Part shown: positions 58,045 to 64,000 of the stretch, piece by piece
Layout: the number at the start of each line of letters is the position of its first letter
How positions within the stretch are numbered: the first letter of the stretch is position 1
Assembly (NCBI GenBank): GCA_964431125.1
Contig: CAYSII010000002.1
Coordinates: 30,301 to 94,300 of the forward strand
Length of the DNA: 64,000 nt
Direction of reading: 5' to 3'
From: an uncultured Methanolinea sp.
GTDB lineage: Archaea > Halobacteriota > Methanomicrobia > Methanomicrobiales > Methanospirillaceae
Position numbers and translations under genes: made by a program
The notes under the pieces: generated by a model
Database searches by the model: none
The model's input: the letters and a program-made list of their open reading frames with translations, nothing else
What the model was told of the DNA's origin: nothing

Positions 58045-58725
58045 ATGCGCCTTGGGGTACTCTGTTCCGGGGGGAAAGACTCGCTCTTTGCATGTTTCTG
58101 TGCTATGCAGGAGGAGGAGGTCTCCTGCCTGATCACGGTATTACCAGAGAACCCGGAGAGTTACATGTTCCATACCCCTAACCTGCACCTGGTCACTCTC
58201 CAGGCAGAGGCTGCGGGTCTCCCGCTCGTTGCCATCCAGAGCCGGGGCAGGGAAGAGGAGGAAGTGGCGGACCTTGCCAGGGCTGTCGCCATGGCGCGGG
58301 AGAGGCATGGCATCGCCGGCGTGGTGACAGGAGCGCTCCGGTCGGTCTACCAGTCATCGCGGGTCCAGCGTATCTGCAGGGACCTTGACCTCTGGTGTTT
58401 CAACCCGCTCTGGTGCAGGGACCCGGATACCTACATGGAGGATCTCCTTGAGTCCGGGTTCGACGTCATAATCTCTGCCGTCGGGTCGGAACCGTTCGGG
58501 CCTGACTGGCTCGGGCGCAGGCTTGATGCATCAGCCCTTCGCGACCTCCGCGGGTACGCCGGCGAGTACGGGACGTCCCTGACAGGGGAGGGTGGCGAAT
58601 ACGAGACCCTCGTCCTCGATGCACCGTTTTTTTCCCATCGTGTCGTGATAGAGGAGAAAGAGGCCTGCTGGCAGAACTACCGGGGACTCCTCTCGGTGAA
58701 AAGAGCCCGGCTGGAGGAGAAATGA
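58045..58725 (+). CDS. diphthine-ammonia ligase-type ATP pyrophosphatase (Dph6/DUF71/MJ0570 family)
   Basis: MRLGVLCSGGKDS PP-loop, MFHTPN, and GEGGEYETLVLDAP. Alternative starts are 58027 and 57979. Confidence 0.85.
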   Translation: MRLGVLCSGGKDSLFACFCAMQEEEVSCLITVLPENPESYMFHTPNLHLVTLQAEAAGLPLVAIQSRGREEEEVADLARAVAMARERHGIAGVVTGALRSVYQSSRVQRICRDLDLWCFNPLWCRDPDTYMEDLLESGFDVIISAVGSEPFGPDWLGRRLDASALRDLRGYAGEYGTSLTGEGGEYETLVLDAPFFSHRVVIEEKEACWQNYRGLLSVKRARLEEK

Positions 58726-59288
58726 TCCTGCTTGTCGGGCTTGGATTTCGCGATTCCGCACTCATCCGGGAAGAGTTCGTCCGTCCCGTCGGGCAGGTCG
58801 TGGAACGCTCGGGCAGGTCGTGGGAATACATGCACTATTCCTGCCTTGCCAGGGACCGGGTTGAGGAGTCCGATGCGATCATCCTCTGCGGCACAGCTCT
58901 CCGGGACACCGCTTACCAGGCTGAGAGTGCCCGGTTCTCCTGGCTCAATCAGGTGAATGTCCCCGTCCTCGGTATCTGCGCCGGGATGCAGGTTCTCTCC
59001 CTTGCCTTCTCGGGATCTCTCGTGCCATGCTGCGAGATCGGGATGGAGGAGATCCGGGTCCTCTCCCCCCACGCACTCCTGCCGGAGGGCCCCTCCTTTA
59101 TGGCCTACGAACTCCACGGGTATTCCTGCATTCCCCCGGAAGACTGGGTTGTCCTTGCAGTCTCGAAAAACTGCATTCAGGCAATCTCTCACCCGGATCG
59201 GCCTCTCCATGGCGTTCTCTTCCATCCTGAAGCACGGAACGAGGAGATCATCAGGAGGTTTCTCTCGATTGCAGGGAAAATGAAATAA
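58722..59288 (+). CDS. stand-alone class I glutamine amidotransferase
   Basis: Nucleophile elbow VLGICAGMQVL and GVLFHPE His-Glu pair. ATGA overlap with the Dph6-type gene. The N-terminus is unlike GuaA subunit A as I remember it. Confidence 0.8.
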   Translation: MILLVGLGFRDSALIREEFVRPVGQVVERSGRSWEYMHYSCLARDRVEESDAIILCGTALRDTAYQAESARFSWLNQVNVPVLGICAGMQVLSLAFSGSLVPCCEIGMEEIRVLSPHALLPEGPSFMAYELHGYSCIPPEDWVVLAVSKNCIQAISHPDRPLHGVLFHPEARNEEIIRRFLSIAGKMK

Positions 59289-59323
59289 AATGAGCGGGGA
59301 GTTATTCCTCGCGACCTGTGCAC

Positions 59324-60502
59324 TTACGAGACCAAAATTCCATTCTCCCGCGCGATCTCGATGAAGGACTCTGCCACGTAAACGGCCTGATCCCGCGTCA
59401 GTCCATAGCAGTTGAACTTCCACACCCTTGTCGCACCCGGGATGATCCCGGTGATACCCCTCTCCCGGAGAGCGGAGATGAAGAAGAACCCTTTCTTTTT
59501 GTGCGTCGCGGCCACGCGGTCGAATGAACCGGTTGTATCCACCCTCGTCAGGGTGTGCTGCCTCGGGTATTGGCTCAGGATCTTCGTCCCGCTGATCCTC
59601 CGCAGGGCCTCGACCACGATTCCCGTATTGGCAAGCTCGGCATCCCACCTCCTGACGCGCTCTCTCACGGCAGGAAAAGAGGCCATCATGCCGACAAGGG
59701 TCACACCCATCAGGGTGCACCCCATCATCTCGACCTCCTTGATACCGAAGGTCCGGGAAGTGATATCCGTCCTCGCAGCTGTCGTCCTGAAGACCTCCCC
59801 GGCACGTTCATTCGTGGTGGCAAGAACGCCCGAGGGGGCAGGTGCGGCCATGCTCTTGTGGCCGGAACCAACCACGAAATCAGCCCCCAGATCCCGTCCA
59901 TCCACGGGCATGATTCCGACTGTATAGGCCCCGTTGAGGAGGACGGGGATATCGTACTGGTGTGCGACCCGTGCAATCTCCCTGACCGGGTGGACGTTTC
60001 CATAGCTGTAGTCCACGTGGTCGAGGAAGAGGAGGGGAGGGGTTCTCCCCGTCTCCCGGATCACGGCCTCGATCTTCTCGGCGGTTGCATCGGGCGTGAC
60101 AATGTTTCCGGGCGAGATAGGGATCTCCCGGGGAATGCCACCGCGTGCCTCGATTGCAAGCACCTCTGTGTAGTGGGAGAGGGCCGTGATCAGGACCGGG
60201 TCTCCCTCCTTGACGTATGTATCGGCTACTGCCTGGAACCCCCGGCGGGCTCCGGGAACCACCCGTGCAACGTCCATGGAGAGGAATTCAGCGAGTTCCC
60301 TGTGGAACCGGTCGATCGGAGGGTTCCGGATGTAGTCGAGGCGGTTGGGTTTCCTGCAGTTATCGCAGACCGAGTACCCATCGCCGTAGGCAATCAGAGC
60401 CTTCATCGCCTCGGCGGTGAGCCGGCCCCCCGCCTGGATGGGGTCGATGTTGATGGCCGACTCCTCGACATCCCTGACATCGATATCGCCCGCACACTTC
60501 AT
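59324..60502 (-). CDS. pscS: O-phospho-L-seryl-tRNA(Cys):Cys-tRNA synthase (SepCysS)
   Basis: INIDPIQAGGRLT, YSVCDNCRKP, the PLP-lysine region GSGHKSMAAPAPSG, and overall SepCysS length and layout. Confidence 0.9.
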   Translation of the reverse strand: MKCAGDIDVRDVEESAINIDPIQAGGRLTAEAMKALIAYGDGYSVCDNCRKPNRLDYIRNPPIDRFHRELAEFLSMDVARVVPGARRGFQAVADTYVKEGDPVLITALSHYTEVLAIEARGGIPREIPISPGNIVTPDATAEKIEAVIRETGRTPPLLFLDHVDYSYGNVHPVREIARVAHQYDIPVLLNGAYTVGIMPVDGRDLGADFVVGSGHKSMAAPAPSGVLATTNERAGEVFRTTAARTDITSRTFGIKEVEMMGCTLMGVTLVGMMASFPAVRERVRRWDAELANTGIVVEALRRISGTKILSQYPRQHTLTRVDTTGSFDRVAATHKKKGFFFISALRERGITGIIPGATRVWKFNCYGLTRDQAVYVAESFIEIARENGILVS

Positions 60503-60681
60503 GCAGAAAGCTCCCTCTTCAGCACGTCGATCCGCTCTTCCAGTCGGGCAAGGAGGGCGCCCACCTCTGCCTTCTCATCCGGTCCCAGCCGGTGGTGCGG
60601 TGCGGTCTTCCGGAGGATGACACGGATATCGGTGAGGATGAACATCGCTTCAAAAAGGGCGACAATCGCGGTTCTGGACAC
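60499..60681 (-). CDS. small helical protein translationally coupled to SepCysS (60 aa; alternative start at 60645 gives 48 aa)
   Basis: The stop TGA overlaps the SepCysS ATG (GCATGAAG). The C-terminal half DEKAEVGALLARLEERIDVLKRELSA is an amphipathic helix. Confidence 0.45.
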   Translation of the reverse strand: MSRTAIVALFEAMFILTDIRVILRKTAPHHRLGPDEKAEVGALLARLEERIDVLKRELSA

Positions 60682-60799
60682 CAGATCACCATACTAATAT
60701 GCGGAGCAGGACTATAAGATACCGGATGGACAGGGGTTGCATATTCACCCTGCACGGTCATTCCTTTAAGAGAGTGAGAACCGGATACCGTGGTGACGG

Positions 60800-61948
60800 A
60801 TGAAGCTTGTCCACATCGCCGACACGCACCTTGGGCTCGCACAGTTCCAGAAGGTCGACCCGGAGACCGGGATGAACCTCCGGGAGAAGCTGATTTACCA
60901 GAACTTCCTTGCTGCTGTTGACAGTATCATCGCGAGGAGACCGGACGCCGTCGTTCATGCCGGGGATCTCTTCGACCAGGTCAGGCCAAAGACAATGGCC
61001 TACACCACTGCCCTCGAGGCTGTCGGAAGGCTCTCTTCTGCGGGAATCCCCCTCGTCCTCATCTCGGGCAACCACAGCATGCCAAAGACACGGTATACCC
61101 CGTCCCCTTTCAGGGTCCTCGAGTTCCACCCCGGCGAACTGCATGCCGCGTACTCGTACAGGTACGAGCGGGTCGAGATCGGGGATGCGGTCTTCCACCT
61201 CATCCCGAACATGCTCCGGCCGGAACATTACCGGGACGCATATGACAGGATCGTTCCCGATAAAGGGCGGTATAACGTCCTCGTCACCCATGGCCTCGCA
61301 TCATGCCTCAAGGAGAAGAGACTGAACACGGTCGCCGAGCACGAGATCGATGCAACGATGGTCTCGGGGGGTGGCATGTTCGATTACATCGCCCTCGGAC
61401 ACTACCACGGCCAGGCAAGGGTCGGCGACCGTGCGTGGTACTCGGGGTCAGTCGAGTTCCTGACCTACGGCGAGATGGGAGACACGAAGGGAGGACTCTG
61501 TATCGATCTCGGGAGGGGGACTATCGGGCACCTCGGTCTTCCCCACACCCCGATGGCAGACCTCGGGACCATCGATGCTCGGGAAGTATCACCCCGCGAT
61601 GTCCCCGCTCTCATCAGGGAGAGGCTCACCGAAAAGGGTGTTTGCCCCCTCTCCATGGCAAGGGTGACTCTCTGTTTCCCGGACAGGGAACACCAGCGGC
61701 TCATTGCCGAAAAGGACCTCGCAGACCTGCGGCGCGAGCTGCTCGACCTGAAAATACAGGTCAGGATCCCGGGTGAGTACACGCGGGGAGGGGAGAGCAG
61801 GGATCTCCGCTCGATCGATTACCTTGCCGAGTTCGCACGGTTCGTCTCCGCACGGAACCTGAACCAGGCTGATGCTGATTTTGTCAGGGAACACGGATCC
61901 CGGGCGATATCACGGGCACTGGAGGAGGAAAACCCGCTTGCTGGTTGA
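60800..61948 (+). CDS. mre11: DNA double-strand-break repair nuclease Mre11
   Basis: Calcineurin-like phosphoesterase motifs HIADTHLG, HAGDLFD, ISGNHS, and VTHG..GHYH. Confidence 0.92.
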   Translation: MKLVHIADTHLGLAQFQKVDPETGMNLREKLIYQNFLAAVDSIIARRPDAVVHAGDLFDQVRPKTMAYTTALEAVGRLSSAGIPLVLISGNHSMPKTRYTPSPFRVLEFHPGELHAAYSYRYERVEIGDAVFHLIPNMLRPEHYRDAYDRIVPDKGRYNVLVTHGLASCLKEKRLNTVAEHEIDATMVSGGGMFDYIALGHYHGQARVGDRAWYSGSVEFLTYGEMGDTKGGLCIDLGRGTIGHLGLPHTPMADLGTIDAREVSPRDVPALIRERLTEKGVCPLSMARVTLCFPDREHQRLIAEKDLADLRRELLDLKIQVRIPGEYTRGGESRDLRSIDYLAEFARFVSARNLNQADADFVREHGSRAISRALEEENPLAG

Positions 61949-64000
61949 GAGACTCATCCTGAGGAATTTCAAGCGGTTCAGGGACGCGGAGATCCATTTC
62001 CGGGACGGGATCAACGGGATCGTCGGGAACAACGGGACAGGAAAGAGCAGCATCGTGGAAGCCATTCTCTTTGCGCTCTTCGGCGTCCAGGGGACCGGCA
62101 TCCAGTCCGAGTACATCGTCTCCTCGTTTGCCGGGGAGAAGGCAAAATGCGAGGTGCGACTCGACTTCCAGATCCAGGGCATGCGGTACACGATCACCCG
62201 GACATTCCGAAGGGGAAACCAGACGGTCCACGAGGCTCGACTGAACATGGGAGAGAAGCTGCTTGCATCCGGCGTCTCCGAGGTCGGGGAGGAGGTTGCA
62301 AGACTCTGCGGCATGGGACCGTCCGACTTCAAAAATACTGTCTATGCAGCCCAGAAAGACCTCCCGGCACTCCTCGAGAGCCGTCCCGGCGCCCGCAAGG
62401 AGTGGTTCATGCAGGCACTCGGGATCGAGAGCCTGAAAAACAGGAGCGATGAGACGATACGGGAATGGATCGACGAGACGGAGAAGGCCGTCGAACGGGA
62501 GAAGAACAGGCTTGCGGTTCTCTCCGGCCAGGGAGACATCACCGAGATCCCGGTCCTCGAGGAAGAACTGGCCGGAATCGAGCAGGCTCTATTCAGGAAG
62601 GGGGAGGAAAGGACGATGCTCGAGAGAGTATCGGGCCTTCTCCGCGAGGCTGCATCCCTTGAACAGTCCGAGATGAATCTTTTACGGCGACTCGAACAGG
62701 CCGAATCCGAGCTCGCGAGACTTTCCGCTGCGCGGTCAAGGCTGGAAGAACTGTCACCCGCACTCCGCCGGTTCGCCGAGCTCTCGGGAGAGATCGCCAG
62801 CCTGAAGGAGAAAGAAGAGCAGTACGCGGATATCCGGGACCGGATGGGGAGGACAGGAGCGGCGATCCAGGCCGGAAAGAAGAGGCTTCTTGACATCTCC
62901 GAGATGATCGAGGTTTACACGGGAGAGACAGCGGAATTTATCTCTCTCTCGGCGACTCCCGACCGGCTCGCGAAGGCACGAAAGGATCTCGCCGACCTCG
63001 ACAGGGCATCTTTCATTGCAAAGGCGCTTTCTGACCTTTCACTCTCCCGGGACAGGGTCCTCGCCCTCCTCCGCGAATGCACAGAGAGAGAGGAGGTTCT
63101 TTCCCGGAGACTTGCAGAGGGCACTATCCTGAAGGAGAGACTGGTGGCCCTTTCTGCCCGGGAGAAGGAGCTAGAAAGGGAGTCTGCGGAATTAGCACTC
63201 CGAGAGGAGACTCTCGCGGAGGAGAGGCTCCGCCTTACATCAGACTGGGAGCGGATACGTTCTTCCGGGAGGGAGGGGACCTGCCCCCTCTGCCACCAGA
63301 CCCTCGGAGACTTCTTTGCCCACATCGAGCAGGAGTACACGGGGCGCCTTGCCCGGATCGGGGAGGAAATTGTCTCTCTCTCCCGTGCTAGAGAATCCAG
63401 CCAGAAAGAGAGAGCAGAGAATGCGGGGGAGCGTGCCCTCGTGGAGCAGGAGCTCGGGGAGATTACCAGGGCCGAGCAGGAGCTTCGGGAGGTGAAGGCA
63501 CAGGAAAAGAGCCTCACATCCCGGCTCGAGGAGATCGAGAGGGACTGTGCCTCCCGCCGGCAGGAGCTTGCAGCACTCGGCATACCTGCATACAGTCCCG
63601 GGAGACACAGCGAGGCACGAAGGGAAGTCGCAGCGCTCGAGCAGCAGGCGGAGCGATACCGGGAACTCCGGTTCCACCAGGAGAGCCTTGCCTCCCTCAC
63701 GCTCGAGAGAGACCGTCTCCTCGGGGAGATGGAGAGAGAGGTCGCAACGCTTCGCTCCCTCGAAGATGCAGCAGCGTCGCTTGGCTACGATCCGGCATAC
63801 AAAAAGAGCATCGAAGAGGAGCTGGGGGCTCTCCGTATCCTCCGTGACGAGGCTCTCGTCCTTGAGGAGCGGCTCGGGCGGGAACCCGAAATCAGGAGGG
63901 ATCGCGAGAGGTTGGTGGGAGAGAGGGAAGAGATTCGGGCCCGACTCCTCTCCTGCAGGAAAACGATGGCAGGGTCGGGTTTCCCCGGTGCAGATCCTGC
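61938..64000 (+). CDS. rad50: DNA double-strand-break repair ATPase Rad50 (3' end outside window)
   Basis: This frame is not listed in the track because it has no stop inside the window. (M)LVERLILRNFKRFRDAEIHFRDGINGIVGNNGTGKSSIVEAILFALFG carries Walker A. A long coiled coil follows, with the zinc hook CPLCHQ at 63282-63299. A TTG start at 61938 overlapping the mre11 end is assumed. Confidence 0.88.
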   Translation, partial: MLVERLILRNFKRFRDAEIHFRDGINGIVGNNGTGKSSIVEAILFALFGVQGTGIQSEYIVSSFAGEKAKCEVRLDFQIQGMRYTITRTFRRGNQTVHEARLNMGEKLLASGVSEVGEEVARLCGMGPSDFKNTVYAAQKDLPALLESRPGARKEWFMQALGIESLKNRSDETIREWIDETEKAVEREKNRLAVLSGQGDITEIPVLEEELAGIEQALFRKGEERTMLERVSGLLREAASLEQSEMNLLRRLEQAESELARLSAARSRLEELSPALRRFAELSGEIASLKEKEEQYADIRDRMGRTGAAIQAGKKRLLDISEMIEVYTGETAEFISLSATPDRLAKARKDLADLDRASFIAKALSDLSLSRDRVLALLRECTEREEVLSRRLAEGTILKERLVALSAREKELERESAELALREETLAEERLRLTSDWERIRSSGREGTCPLCHQTLGDFFAHIEQEYTGRLARIGEEIVSLSRARESSQKERAENAGERALVEQELGEITRAEQELREVKAQEKSLTSRLEEIERDCASRRQELAALGIPAYSPGRHSEARREVAALEQQAERYRELRFHQESLASLTLERDRLLGEMEREVATLRSLEDAAASLGYDPAYKKSIEEELGALRILRDEALVLEERLGREPEIRRDRERLVGEREEIRARLLSCRKTMAGSGFPGADP

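Overview
The window is a GC-rich (roughly 60%), densely coding piece of a methanogenic euryarchaeal chromosome, most likely Methanomicrobiales-like. The lineage call rests on archaeal-type SAM synthetase and ThrRS, GGGP synthase, CofE (F420), SepCysS, GatCAB, a FilR1-type regulator, an FmdE-domain protein, an archaeal pilin signal and Mre11/Rad50.

I can support about 66 protein genes and one tRNA-Leu(UAA). Most are housekeeping:
- korB/korC-sucCD (reductive branch to 2-oxoglutarate) and mat-hisGAB.
- A long minus-strand array: thrS-dcd-trmJ-GGGPS-topA-gatBAC.
- groES/groEL of bacterial type, then cofE, udg, thiI, Dph6, SepCysS and mre11-rad50.

Accessory-looking stretches lie at about 21.4-30.1 kb (anchored mini-protein, pilin-LamG, SBP-Cache lipoprotein, MBL hydrolase, REC-PAS kinase), 30.1-34.4 kb (Fe/corrinoid-type ABC importer with FmdE and TrmO-like genes), 34.7-41.5 kb (small membrane and redox proteins, a Kv-SHOCT channel), 48.6-52.4 kb and 54.9-57.9 kb (NERD-TM-CAP fusion, DUF1848).

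I found no CRISPR array, transposase, integrase, prophage or recognisable defence island, and no convincing large multi-gene novel system. The best leads are small translationally coupled pairs and unusual fusions:
- Dph6 coupled to a stand-alone glutamine amidotransferase.
- A 60-codon helical ORF coupled to SepCysS.
- A NERD-TM-CAP fusion protein.
- An anchored mini-protein coupled to an AsnB-like gene next to gatCAB.
- An ABC importer carrying FmdE and TrmO-like genes.
- A triple half-site operator in front of a UbiA/FilR1 operon.

Many long ORFs in the track are antisense or alternate-frame artefacts of high GC content. Several listed ORF starts are upstream extensions, and I corrected them from overlaps, SD-like motifs and family N-termini. 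All family assignments come from motif recognition by eye, not from database searches.
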